A stretch of DNA of 62,867 bases, the filler included, from Bipalium vagum (lineage: Eukaryota), in assembly GCA_037834085.1 (NCBI GenBank). It is 3 parts of 3 records of this genome, joined end to end, with 100 filler letters (N's around TTAATTAATTAA, not from the genome) between each part and the next. Parts side by side here need not be neighbours in the genome. Positions count along the whole stretch, not along the records: positions 1 to 16,850 come from JBBMKC010090196.1; 2 more parts are not named here. One strand, given 5' to 3'. This document shows positions 1 through 12,574 of this stretch, piece by piece (the stretch's first letter is position 1; every line of letters begins with the position of its first letter). The position numbers were made by a program, and so were the translations under genes. The notes under the pieces are model-generated. The model was not told where the DNA came from and did no database searches. It saw nothing but the letters and a program-made list of their open reading frames with translations.

Positions 1-81
1 TGATTATTATGATTATCATTATTGTTATTTGTATTATTATTTTTTTGTATTTTTATTAGTATTATTATTATTATTATTTTT

Positions 82-112
<31 letters not shown>

Positions 113-128
113 TTATAATTATTATTTT
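1..128. repeat. (ATT)n microsatellite / low complexity
   Basis: Imperfect tandem ATT/TTA repeats. Confidence 0.9.
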
Positions 129-1559
129 TCCATGAAGCTCATTAAAGAAATCAACATTCCTTTAAAATGATATTTCTTTTTTTGATAACCTCTTTTTTTT
201 GAAGATTTATTTTGATAAACTTCCAAATGTTAATAAAATAATAATAAATAATTATTATTTAGAAAATGTTAATAAAAAGAGAAAATCAGAAAATCAGAGG
301 GACGCAACAAGAAGGTAGAGAAAGAACATTTATTCCTTCAATTCAATTAAAAGATGTAAATATTTAAATAAATATCATTATATCCTTAGCCCAGCACTAA
401 TTTAATTTAATTTAATTTAATTTAATTTAATTTAATTTCGGAATCCTTCCCAAATTTCTGTCCAGACAAGAAAACAATTTTTATTTGAAAGAAAAGAAAT
501 TTTCATTTAAAACGAAAACTTTCAGGAAGACAATTTCAAAGATCAACAGCTGCACCAAAAGAAGGTGAAGAGCTCTGACAAATGTTGAAGAGCCTAGACT
601 GAAACCAGAGTTCCTTGTAAAACCAAGTGAGGTATGCCTGGAAACCCGTTGCCTTTCTAGGCGCCCATTGCAACAAGGATTATTATTTTACTCTGCTGTC
701 GATTTGTGTTTGTTGTTGAACCAATGTTTGTCGTGGGTTGGTTTCAGAAATGTAATCTTGCTATATTTTAAATTTCATTTTAAGCATCTCTGGAAGACAA
801 TCAGCTTCACATTTGTCATAACAAGCCAACGATGATAATGCCCAGAAGCTCTGAAGAAAGAAAGGTCTGAGACCAAGTAAAAGGCACGATGTTGCGTCAG
901 ATGTAAAGGTTTTCCCTGCACATTATTATTACCCAGAGAAAATTTTTACAATCTTTCATGCACAATAACGTAACCACATATTGGATGGACGGGTGTGACA
1001 AGGTAAGGAAGGAAAATGGACATTCAGTGGATGAAGGTCCATTATAAAGAAGTTCTAATGTTTTGTTTAGAGCTTGATCCGAAATAAAAGAGCTTGATAT
1101 CAAAATGTTTCCTCACTGACTCTCCCTCTTCAAACCATGTAAAAAATCGTAATTTGTATAAATACGTGACCAGTTTTAAAACGTTTTACTTCGTCATTTT
1201 TTATTGTTAAACTCTGAAATGGGCCCTCTTATTTTAATCTGTGTCAATGGACAATATAAAATCGGTTTTGTCTGTTTTCATTCACGTTAAATAAAACGAT
1301 CTTTTTCAATGTTCTTCCTGTATATCCGGTTTGCTTTTCTTGTAAATATCGACCTGGGTTCGTTTTTACCACCAGGATCAGTTTTAAATCGACCTCATCA
1401 TTTATAAACCTGAACAAATTTCGAATTTCATACCAAAACGTATGAAAAAGTTTGTGATCAAAATAATAATTACAGTTCTAAATAAAATTTAATTCGACAA
1501 ACAAGAGGATGGGTGACATAATAATTCCTCCGAGACGGAATCTAGGGAAAACCTCCGGA

Positions 1560-2200
1560 GAAAATTGTTTCATTCATTCATAACTTAACAACTAAAAAAG
1601 ATATTTTAAAACATACACCATAAACCCAGCGTTGCGTGAGTTCTTGAATTCTACGACAACAATTCTTCGGGTTTTAGTTGATAAACTTGCGACACCCCAT
1701 TTCCAGTTCTTCAATATTCACGAAGTTCCTCAATATTCTTCCCTGGTTAATCATGGTTCAATCACTGACTTCTTTTATCTGGATTTGAGAAATAGGCCCA
1801 TTTCTCATCACCAGTTACTAGTTGGTTGATCCAACGATCATCTTTGGGATTCTGAAGTTGCCGACAAATGTCAACACGTCGCTGTGCTTGAGCTGGTGTC
1901 AATTCGTGCGGTATTTCTCGAAAGCGTTTGTTGACCTTCCCGACCTTGTAGAGATAGTGAGTATCTTGTTTGGTTGATAACCTACGAGTGCTAGTTTTTG
2001 GATAATCATTAACAGCTTCACATAAGATCTCATAATCCAGAGATATCGGCCAATCCGTCCTAGGGAGATCCTTAAGACTTGTGTTCCCTTCGGCAAACCT
2101 TTTTAACCACTTTGCTTCTGTGGTTTAGGAGACATCATTTGCCTTCCACATGGCATATTTCTTTTTCTACTTTTTCCAAAAGAATTTTAGTATTACTCGA
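1560..2200 (-). mobile_element. Internally deleted mariner (DD34D) transposase remnant
   Basis: Minus strand reads WLKRFAEGNTSLKDLPR..EIPHELTP, then LVTGDEKWAYF, then jumps to C-terminal IQELTQRW; stops and frameshifts; ends approximate. Confidence 0.75.
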
Positions 2201-2622
2201 ATTTCTATCTGTTCCATAATTATCTAAAATTCAAAAAAAATTCTTATTCAATGTGTATCTAATAAATTTTTTAAACAGTATAAAGAGAAATCTTATAAAT
2301 TTAATTAATAATTTAATTAATAATTTAATTTAATTATAAATTTAATTTATTTGAATATAATAAAAAACATGAAAGTGTCCCCGAGCTACTGACTCACACT
2401 AATACAGGGTCGTCCAAAAGAAGCTTTACTACTTTAATTCGCTATTTCTCCGTACATAAAAATTAAAAAGCCAAGTAATTTTATTTAAACACAGATATTA
2501 CAAAACTTTCTATTTTATATCTTATATAGATCCATATTTAATTTTCAAATGTTTTGCTAGAATAATGTTAGATATTAATTTATTTAAACAAAAACTACTT
2601 AGTATGTGTTATACATAACTTA

Positions 2623-2843
2623 TAAAGTCCCCGCCAAAAGTCTTTGGCCACCATGTAAAAAAGCCTAGTTTATCTTTTAGTTATTTATTTTTTTATTGAT
2701 AAATTTTGATTAATGATTGTGAACTCTTCTAATGTCGTTAACGTTCTTTACATTTGTTCCTAATAAATATTAATGACTGGAATTATATAAATGCTTTTTT
2801 CTAGAATTTTAAGAGTGGTCCAAGACTTTTGGCGGGGATTGTA
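2623..2843. mobile_element. Tc1/mariner-type MITE (~220 bp)
   Basis: TIRs ta-aagtccccgccaaaagtctttggccac (2623-2651) and gtggtccaagacttttggcggggattg-ta (2815-2843); AT-rich non-coding interior. Confidence 0.8.
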
Positions 2844-3125
2844 TGTTAAAGGTAGTAAAGCTTCTTTTGGAAGACCCTGTATTATGAAATATCTAATACA
2901 TTTTAGTTGAGTAAACGTCCGGACAGCATCTATTTTTGATTGATAAGTTTGTACACTCTGCTTATCTTCTTGATTCGATAACTGACATTTCTCAGGGTTA
3001 ATTCGCAAGCCAGCGTTTTTAATGCTCACATCTATTTCATTAAAGACTGACAGTGGTCCGCAATTTTCTCCCAATCTAAAATATCATTCAAATATTCCTT
3101 GAACTCCTATGATTTTGCTATCACT
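2844..3125 (-). mobile_element. Ty3/gypsy reverse transcriptase fragment
   Basis: YLNDIL (decayed YLDD), then KNAGLRINPEKCQ and KIDAVRTF..KCIRYF after a frameshift. Confidence 0.65.
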
Positions 3126-3371
3126 TTTATCTTGACTTTTCCTAAAATATTAAATTATTTTTAAATTCAAATTACAATTAACAGAGGATACTATGAAAGA
3201 AATATAAATAAATAATATATAAAATTTAAGGTTAACCTTTTATTTTTCAGTGAAGCCAGTAAAGCAAGCAAAAATAAAGAGGGTCAAACTTCAATAAAAG
3301 AAAATAAATTACAGTTCAGGCCAATTAAAGACCCGTTAGAAGGTAAACATAAACGAAATGGTTAACTAAAT

Positions 3372-6057
3372 TTAACTTTTGTAAAAGATGCCATCATTAC
3401 GACTGTTGAAGTTTTGACTTGGGCACTTATCGTACCAATCTCCAGTTGGAACGATTTGCATCAGACTTGAGATATCTTGTAAACTGTTCATTGAATTGAT
3501 ACCCACTTCCCTTTCCTTTTTTGTGAAGTCAAATTGATAGGTGGTCTGGGTATCTAATGGTTTACTTTCTATGGAAATGTTACATTTGATCGGTTCCTTA
3601 ATAGGTTCTTTACAATATTCATATTTAATGAATGTATCATTATAAATCGTGTTCTTTGCAAAGGGTATTTCCGGTTTTCTGTATGATGGATAAGGCAAAT
3701 ATAATTTAGAAGGAGGCTTCCAATTAAAGTTTTCTTGATAATCGGTTGGTGCTCCTTCATTATTGATCACATCTTCCTTTAATGTTGAAGCAGTGTTTAA
3801 AGTAAATATCTTGTTCCATTCTTGAAAATCTTTTTTATAAACACTTGATCCACTTTCTCCGTCGTTTACCTTCCGGTCGTAATTGAATTTTAAAGTGGAC
3901 ACCGGCGGATTTACTGGAGTCGTTTTTTCTATAAATGAACAAAAGTTATAAAACTCTTCCATTGATAATAAATAATATTCATGAAAGTCATTAAGAATTA
4001 ACAGAGAGATGTAGTAAATAGGCATTGTTAAGAATTTTGGCAACCATACTATGGAGTACAGATAAATAACGAGGGTGTCATTAATAAAAAGTATGATAAT
4101 TTCAAAGATGCTTGAAAAATAATTTATTGTAAAGAATTTTAATTTAATAATTTACCCACAACTTCCTCCCATCTTCTAGCCAACTCTTATTTTGAGACAA
4201 ATCATTTAAAGACCTAATTTGGGCATCTTCTTACGTTTAGAAATGCTGCTCCTCCATTCCACGTTCCATTGACTCGAACAGATGAAATGTGGGGATTACG
4301 CCAAGTGACTGTGTACTGCATAGATCATATCTTTTAACATGTTTAAAGTGATTTTAAGTGGGTGGTGGTGCGTAGTCATGGAGTAAAATTACTTTGCATA
4401 AGATTTATCTAATTCTGGATCTTTTGCAATTAAAACAATGTTCAATTTAACAGTAAAATGTTTAAGGTACACCAGACTTTTTCACTCTTTATAGATTCAG
4501 AGCATTGTTTTATTTTCAAAATTTCATGGTATTGGAGTCTGTTTAGACTGTTGATCTGGGTTAACCAATGATTTTTGTATGAAGACTTTCTTTTGTATTG
4601 CTTTAACAAAACCTCACTTAACATCCTCGGTTTTCCAGTTGTCTTTTGTCATATGGTTGATAAGACATCAATTTCATTCCCTTAAAAACTTTCCCATAGC
4701 TTTTAATCAACTCTGGCAGACAATTTCTTCCTTAATGATGTCAGAAAACCAATTACCGTAAATGTGGAATTAAATATGTTTTTCTGCAATTAGAAGATCT
4801 TTAGAAAGACGGTTTTACTTGTCACATATCTGGTCAAACAATCCAATTATTAAATCAAAGTTTAGTGAGCGTTTTATTTCGAAAAATGGGCCAATCTATT
4901 GGCCAACTTGTTCGTGAGATTTGAAATCTCTTGACTTTTTTCTTTGGGGACATGTTAAATCATTGATCTACAGCAACAAGTCAGACATTCGTGAAGGTAT
5001 CAAAACCAAGAACAAGACATTACTGGACATCAATCTGATTTGTGTGAAAGAGTAATGGAAAATTGGATTCAACGAATGAACATCTACAAACATGCTTTAG
5101 GAGGACATATGAGGGATGTTGAGTTCCAAAATTAATGGTTACTCTGTGTACTTCAGTTTGAAATAAAAATTTTATATATCAAATAGAAGTCATTTTATTC
5201 GAAAATCAAAATGCATCTTACTTAATGGAACACACTATATTAACATCTTATGAAGATTCAAATAATTACTCTAATAAATATTGATTATTAAAACAAAATG
5301 GATTAAATTTGAATTCAAAATTGTATAACTGTCAGTGAATCGATTTAAATAAACTCACATTAATCATTTGTACATTTAGCAAAACATAAATGAATTAAAA
5401 ATACATTTGAATATTTCTTATACAAGTTCACATCTCTTATAGGTTGATGTTAGTGTAAAAAAGCGAAATTTTAATAAAAGAAGTCTGAAGAAGAAAATAA
5501 GCTTACAGTTCAAAAATCCACTGAGGACTTTGACGAACTGAGATGTAAGAAATTAAAAAATAATAATTTTAGAAAATCGTGAAATGCTGTGAAAATAATG
5601 AAAAAATGTCATAATAGTTTATCAATATTTTTTTTGTTTTCATTTACCAAGTTTTATAAAAATTTTATATCAACATAAAAGTAAAAAAAGCTCATAAAAA
5701 ATTTAAAAATTAAAATTTTTTACCTGGATTTTTTTGTTTAAATTCATAGCCATAATTAGACTGTGATTCCATGGGCAGTTTTGAAAGCTGAATCTGATCA
5801 AGACGACGGACAAATTTTTGTGAGAGATTTCTTTTATTATGCAAGTAATTGTCTCTGTATTCGGTGTAGTGCTCGAAAGGAGTGTTCGGTTTGACATAGG
5901 TTGATTTTGGGTTGAAAGATGGAAAGCTAGATAACGTATGGGGAACATAGTTGGATTTTTGTTCCGTTGATGAAGAATATTCGGTACAGTTTTCAATGCG
6001 CCATACTGGGAAAGCTTTTAATGACCTGTCTATTCGAGACTGTCTTATATTTGTCAT
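3372..6057 (-). CDS. SAXO-like (stabilizer of axonemal microtubules, Mn-repeat) protein, ~296 aa; exons 6057-5724 and 3928-3372
   Basis: Repeated Mn-like motifs (STEQKSNYVPH, TEYRDNY, SNYGYEF, SVYKKDFQEW, TDYQENF, TTYQFDF). Phase-1 intron CCAG|gtaaaa ... tttatag|AA joins the two ORF-track ORFs in frame. Start codon uncertain. Confidence 0.7.
4068..4765 (-). mobile_element. Decayed mariner in the SAXO-like intron
   Basis: KVILLHDYAPP (HDNARPH motif) and FHLFESMERGMEEQHF; TIR-like cgagggtgtcattaataaaaag near 4070. Confidence 0.6.
4780..5240 (+). mobile_element. DD37D/maT-type transposase 3' fragment
   Basis: RFISKNGPIYWPTCS*DLKSLDFFLWGHVKSLIY and ..GGHMRDVEF; TIR-like end near 5239. Confidence 0.7.
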
Positions 6058-6748
6058 TATACGATACTAGTCGAGGGGTGATTAGGTTTTAGAGCCTATT
6101 CTGTGACCAAATGGCGATTGACACAAAAACGGTTTGGTACTTCAATATATTCGTAGTGAGAGACAAATTGATACCGTCAAACTGTACACCGTCTTTTATA
6201 ATGGAGACACACAATGCTTCATATTTGCATTGATTTTTTTTAGAAAACAATAGAAACCAAACACAGATTTCTCTTTTATTTGCCTTTTTGTTTTTGTTAC
6301 CGTCTCTTGGGTGAGAGTTAATTATCAGGTTAAATTTCAAAGATGTGTCAATGCTTAGTTCTTAATTTAATTTATTGTTTAACTGAACCAAATGTCAAGA
6401 AAAATATTTGGATGCAAAAGATGTTATCGGTTTTATTATTAAGTATTAATAATTATTATTATTATCAGTATATTAAGAATAATTTATATATATATAATAA
6501 TAATAATATATGTAATATTAATAATTATTAAATAAATTTAACGAATATTTAATATCGCTTTTTATTTCTTAATAATAAATTGATCAAGCCAACCCTATCA
6601 GAAAATAGTGTATGATTAATATTTGTAAGGTTAAGGCCGAAAATGTTTTAATAAAAATTATACATGTAAGATTTATAATTGTAATCTGAAAAAGAAAAAT
6701 CTCTTTTGAGATACTTAATGTATTAATATTAAAGAAATTTACTGGTAT

Positions 6749-7830
6749 ATAGGGTGTCAATTACGTAGCTTTACAACTTTATGAGTGAATAATAAAAGAA
6801 TTCATCTATCTAACTCAAACTTTTTTTATAAGAAATCGAAACCATACACTACATTTGTTTATTTTGAAATGTTCTTCTTTAGCTCGCTTGCAAACACGTA
6901 ATCAACCAGGAACAGAGAAGCATGCTTGTTCACAAAAATTGATTGCTATATTGGAAATACATCAATGATTCTTGGTTACAAATTTTACAATGAAAGAATT
7001 GGTTGTGAATTGAACTATCTGGTTATTATGCTCCCAAAAAAAAATTTCATGGGAGCAAAGTTCGGTGACTTCAATAGTTCCAATAGTACCAACCAATAGC
7101 TCTTCTTATGCTAATCTACTTTCCAGGAATATTTTGCCATAGCCATTGACAAATTCCTAAAGACCAATATGCAGAGCACATAAGAAGTATTCAAGAGACT
7201 GAGGATTTTTTATTCAAAGCAGACCAAAAGTATACTTTCATCATATCTAATTTGTAGCTGTCGGGTTTTCGGAGAAAACATGAGCTCCAATGAAGCCACC
7301 AGCATATACATAAATTTATCAAGACACCAGGAGAATTGACTGGCTTCTCCAATGTCAAATTAGGATTGTCGAATCACCAATAAACGATTATGTTTCTGTT
7401 CAAGTAGTCATCAATATAAAATTTAGCATCAATGCTTCAAAAAATAAGACCACTACAGTTTGTACCTCTGTCAATTTGAGTTAGAAGTTCCTAACAAAAC
7501 TATAACAGTCTCAAAAACATCTTCTGTCAAAGATTAAGTCAATCTTGAGATGTAAATTTTAAAATGTCTGCACTACTTTGCAAACTGTCTTATATGATAC
7601 ATTACATTCATTGGACATGAATTTAAGTGATGTTTTGGGATTTTCTAGCAAGAATTGATAGAAATTTTTATACAAATATTTCCACTCCTTCCTTGTTTTA
7701 TGGTCACTCCTTGGTGTATTCAAGACACTTCCAATTTTGAGAAAATTTGTAAATTTTGTGCTGATCATTGGTTTATTTGTTGGATTATTGTTTGTTTTCC
7801 GTTTTAATATTCCCTAAATTGTTTTGGGTG
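6749..7830 (-). mobile_element. Decayed DD37D/maT-type DNA transposon
   Basis: N-terminal HTH FLKIGSVLNTPRS..ENPKTSL; decayed SPDLTPMDFF-like region near 7050; TIR-like tatagggtgtcaattacg near 6749. Confidence 0.6.
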
Positions 7831-7844
7831 AGTTAAACTTATAT

Positions 7845-10251
7845 ATCGATTAAATCGTTTTGACATAGAATAATTTTTAAAATTGATTACTAAACGAATT
7901 AAAATTAATGAATATTAGAATATAACACGGGTTTCCAATATTGTTTTATAAGAGACTCAATTTTATTAAAATATGACAAATGAAAAAGAGTAAATTTTTT
8001 GACGTACTAGTTTATTTCTAATAAAACCTAAGTGCTCAAAAATAATCAGAATTTTTCTTTTTGTCGGCCATTCCAATACTGATATACCAAATTTCTTCAT
8101 GAATTCCTACATTTTCTTACTTTTGTACACCGAACTAATAACCAATTTTCACCATAATTAATTTTATTGTGAGTTCAGCACTTTCTGACAAAAACTTAAT
8201 GTATTCATCAGAATTCATTTTTCCTTTCAGGACCTTGAAAGACAACAAACCGTTTAGCATTCCAATCCCTTTAATACAATGACTTGGCTATGATTTGTTT
8301 ACAAAGAATTTGTAATCAATGTCAAGAAATCTCTTCTATTCAGAAAAATTTGAGAGATCCCAAATATGATTTATTGAGATCGATGATATTGTGCCTTTCA
8401 AATGTAAATGCTTCTGGACAACTATCAAATAAATTTGGGCTGACATTCTTTTGCATATAAAATCTGTTTTTCTTAAATATCTCTGTACGGTACTTCTTCA
8501 TGCAACTAAATCAAATTCTTTTTATTAACTTTCTTGCATTTAATTTTTCTTTTTTTTCATTAGGAACAAAAATCTTTCTTTTTACGCAGTACTAACACGG
8601 CTTATGAATTTTTAAAATTGGTAATGTCGTCATCTGAATTCTTTTTGTTCTGTAGACGTATAAGTTTTGACTGCATCACGTATAATATTCAACCTTATTC
8701 CAATGGCTGATTGACTAAGCCCTTCTGCTGTCCATTGAATAGCCATTTTTATTTCAAATATATCGTGTATTATTGAAAAAAAATCTAATATATTTTTTAA
8801 TTAAATTATACTAAAAATTAAAAAATCATGTTATAAATTTTAAATTTGCTGTGACAAAAAATTTGACTTAAATAATTCAAAATTTACTAAATATGACTAC
8901 ATTATATAAAAAAGTATATTTAATTAAAAAATTTTTATATATCAGGTAACGAACTAAGCTTTTTCGTTTATTCAATTGTTTAAATTTGTTAGCACTTGGG
9001 ATTCTCATTTATCAACCGATTTATATTTTCTTTGTTTTAGTTTGCTGCTTAAGCATATGATTTTCAAATTTACTGTATAATAATAATAATTATTATATTA
9101 TTACTTATTCTCTGGAATGGGTGCTCCGAAAGTTCGCTGGAAAAATCACAAATTCAAGCAATTATTTATTACGATTGGAAAAATAACACAACCACAAATG
9201 AAATTGTCTCAAAACTTAACGAGGTGCTTGGTGAAGGAACAATGCAACTGTGAACAATGCAAAATTGGTTCAAAAATGCAATAGTTGCGATTTTTCATTG
9301 GAAGGCTAAAAGTTGGAGAATTGTCAAATTAAGGAGTTAAATATAAGCGATACAGCCATAAGAAACCGACTGAAAGCATTAGGATTGACTTGTAAACTGG
9401 TCAAATGGGTTCCCTACCAACTAGCTGAAAAAAAAGTTGGATAGCATTGAAATTTGTTAAGACTTCTCGAAAGAAACCGAAATGATCCTTTTCTCGACCG
9501 GATAGTCACTTGCGATGAAAAGTGTATCTATCATGACAACATAACCAGATGAAGATCGTGATCGTTAAAAGGAGAACCTCCGCAAAAATTGAAAAACACA
9601 ACCTTACACGAAACAAGATTCTTTTATGCATTTGGTGGGATTCTCGAGGAATTATTTATCAGGAGTTTCTCAAATCCGGGGAGACCATTAATTCTGATGT
9701 CTATTGTGAAATGCTAAAAAGAGTTCATGCCATTATGAAAGAAAACCGGAGCAGTTTGATAAACCGAAAACAAGTGATTTTCCACCAAGATAATGACAAG
9801 TCTCGCAAATCAATAAAGACGTCGTAGGTTATTCAGGAATTTAACTGGATTCTAATAGAACATCAGCTATCGCCTCACTAGATTTTTATTTGTTCCGGGT
9901 ATTACAGAATGACTTGATGGGTAAAAAGTTTAAGAGTTCCGAAGGTATAAAAAATGAAGTACTTTTTTCTTTCATTCAAAAGATAGAGAATTCTTTAATA
10001 CTTGGATCAATAAACTTCTAAATAGATGGAGGCAGTAATAGAAAAAGATGTGGAATATCTGGATGATTAATTATTTAATAAAGTTTTATGATTAATAAAC
10101 TAAATTAACTTCAGTCTTAGTTTAGTATTTAATTAAAAAAACGAAAACTTAGTTCGTTAACTGATTCATACAAAATAAATCATAAAAGTATTTTGATTAA
10201 GCATCATTAATAAAAGTTTTATGTGTGTCAAAAATTTGGACCCTCGCTATA
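7845..10251 (-). mobile_element. Decayed Tc1 element interrupted by a mariner insertion
   Basis: HTH (AEGLSQSAIGIRLNI) near 8700 and VLEWP near 8070; 7870-8245 is homologous in inverted orientation to 53680-54245; candidate TIR at 10223-10251 resembles 54285-54313. Confidence 0.6.
8941..10165 (+). mobile_element. Near full-length mariner (DD34D) with TIRs; pseudogenised transposase
   Basis: TIRs atcaggtaacgaactaagctttttcgttt / aaacgaaaacttagttcgttaactgat; motifs KWVPYQL, IVTCDEKC, LCIWWDSRG, FHQDND; ~1.2 kb. Confidence 0.9.
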
Positions 10252-10534
10252 TATGGAAGAGAGAGAAATTTATATAAAACTGTTGGTTGAGTTTATTATT
10301 TTTGTAATGATTAATTAATTTTTATTAAACTTTAATTTTCGTAAAAATAATAATTGAAAACTATTGTAATATTTAAAATATTATAAGATTTAAACGAATT
10401 CTTATCTCTCATTTTACAGATTACATATTACTAAAATTAAGCTTTTATAAATATTAAATCTGATCTTTAAATGAAGTAAATTGTTTTATGATTTATTTTT
10501 ACATTTGAAATTAGATTTTTTTTTTGATTTTTTG

Positions 10535-10697
10535 ATGGTTAAATTGTATTTTTGTCATTGTTGTTCGCATATATGGAATGCTAGTGATATGGTAAATAAC
10601 ATTTCAATTGTAAGCATCAAATTATTGTTTCGATAAATATAGCACATCAGAATATGTCCAAGCTGCCGTACTGATTTTATTCAGGAAATAGAGTTCA
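10535..10697 (+). CDS. 5' exons of a gene with an RNF115/RNF126-type N-terminal zinc ribbon (exons 10535-10591, 10643-~10697)
   Basis: Splicing a 51-nt GT-AG intron gives MVKLYFCHCCSHIWNASDM-HIRICPSCRTDFIQEIEF (FCHxC..CPxCxxxFIxE). Downstream exon chain not resolved. Confidence 0.6.
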
Positions 10698-11899
10698 GTG
10701 ATTTATTATTTTACTAATTTAACAATGTTTTTTTAATTTTAGGGAAGAAGTAATATTTTCTTTTTCGTCAAAGTTGTCTTAAAAATCATGACGATTTCAA
10801 CAACCACTTGAAAGTATATTTGAAAGTGTTTGTGGTCTCATTTGAAGTCGTAGTTTAATTTTATTCTTATTCCACACCTTTTTTCCTTTTTAAAACTCTG
10901 TTAATGTATAATCCTTTTGAATAATACTTTTTATTGATTTTGTTAATTAATCAGTTTCAATCAATATTTTAGAATTATTATTATTTTTATTTAAATAATA
11001 TAAAATGTTTTATTTATTATTATTTTGATGATTAAATAATTATTTAATTTTATGTTATCTCTATTTTTTAATTTTGTGTTAATTTTAGTATTTTCGGATG
11101 ATAATGAGTTATTTTGATTGGTTAATAATGATAAGGATATAAAAATTAATTCTTTGAAGTACTTTCAATTAGTAACAAAGTCGGAAGAAAATTAACATTG
11201 ACCTTTCTAAAATGATTATTATTTTTTTGATTAATACTAATTTGATTTTTCTAAAGAATAATAATTATACTAATAATCTATTATCATCCAAAAAACTTTT
11301 GTTAAAATAACATCAATTACAGAACTTCAAATGGAACTAAAAATGAAATCAATATAAATAAATACCCTTTTTCTCACTAGTTGCCTTTATCTCAATTAAA
11401 TAATTTTTCGTTCAGTTTGATGATTTAGTCACAGATGGTGAAAGCGTTGCCGTTCCAGAATCCTCAGGATTAATGGTAATTATTTCATCGATTTTATTTA
11501 AATTTTAAATTGAATATATAAAATTAATAAATTCTTTTCTTTTAATGATTTAAAAGAAATTCAATTAAACATAATTTTCATTTAAAATTGTATTTTTAAA
11601 TATTGTAAATATTTATAAATCGATATTTTAACAGATCAATGTTATCAATAAATTAATCATTGAAAAATAAACCACTCATTTCTTCAAATCTAACGCCCAC
11701 CTACAACCCACGAAATTTCATTTCAATTACTCGATATATACATGTATGTATATATTACTTATATTTTTTGTATAAATGTTATTGAGTATAATCGATTTAT
11801 TTTTCCAATAAACTTTTTACACTTAGAAAATGAATAAAAACCATAATCTGAAATATACAATTCCTCTAAAGTTAACCTTGTTAAAAACAAACATACAAA

Positions 11900-12570
11900 G
11901 GTCAACCAAACATTTATTGATAAAATTTCCGTCAGTAGGATGTGTGACTACCATTCTTTTCAACAAATTCAGTCGTTCGGTGTGGCATATTGTCGAACAA
12001 AGACTTGACTGTTTCAAAAAGAATCGAAAAGAATCCACTGCTCTTTCAGTCGTTGTTTTAAAGATTCCACGAAGACAAGTGGTTCGGTATACTCAGTTTG
12101 CAATCTCATGCCAAGTACATCCAACAAATGTTCTATAATGAAGAGATACAAACATAGCGTAAACCATGGAATAGTTTTGATATTATATTTGGTTTAAAGC
12201 CGCTATAACAACTCTAGAAATTATAGGGCGTGCCTTCTGATGCTGGAACCAGAAGTTGTGCTGTTTCATGAAAGGTACAACGTTTTTCTCAATGATTTCT
12301 TTCGCATACTTGTCACCATTTAAAGTCCCTTCAATCATTATCAGAGGGCTTAATTGTTGAGAAGTCATGAGCGTCCGCAAAATTGGTAATAATGTAACGT
12401 TCCAAAAAACGTTCTATAATTTGCTGTCTGACTCGAAATGTTCCATCCTTTATATCAAAGCAGAACCGTGATTCGTCGATAAAACCATCTTCTGCCAACT
12501 TTCATTAGATCAATGAAGTTTTTCTTTGCACCAAATTAAGGAATTAGAACAATTTAGTAAAGGCATTTCT
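11900..12570 (-). mobile_element. Tc1 (DD34E) transposase 3' remnant
   Basis: WQKMV (decayed WxxVxFSDES region), IEGTLNGDKY, FQHQKARP (QDNARPH), IEHLLDVLG (IEHLWD). Confidence 0.75.
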
Positions 12571-12574
12571 AGAT

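Noticed and set aside
500-1130. GC-richer coding-like stretch, with a SIQYVVTLL segment reminiscent of an RT motif
   Set aside because: Catalytic DD absent and no supporting motifs; left unassigned.
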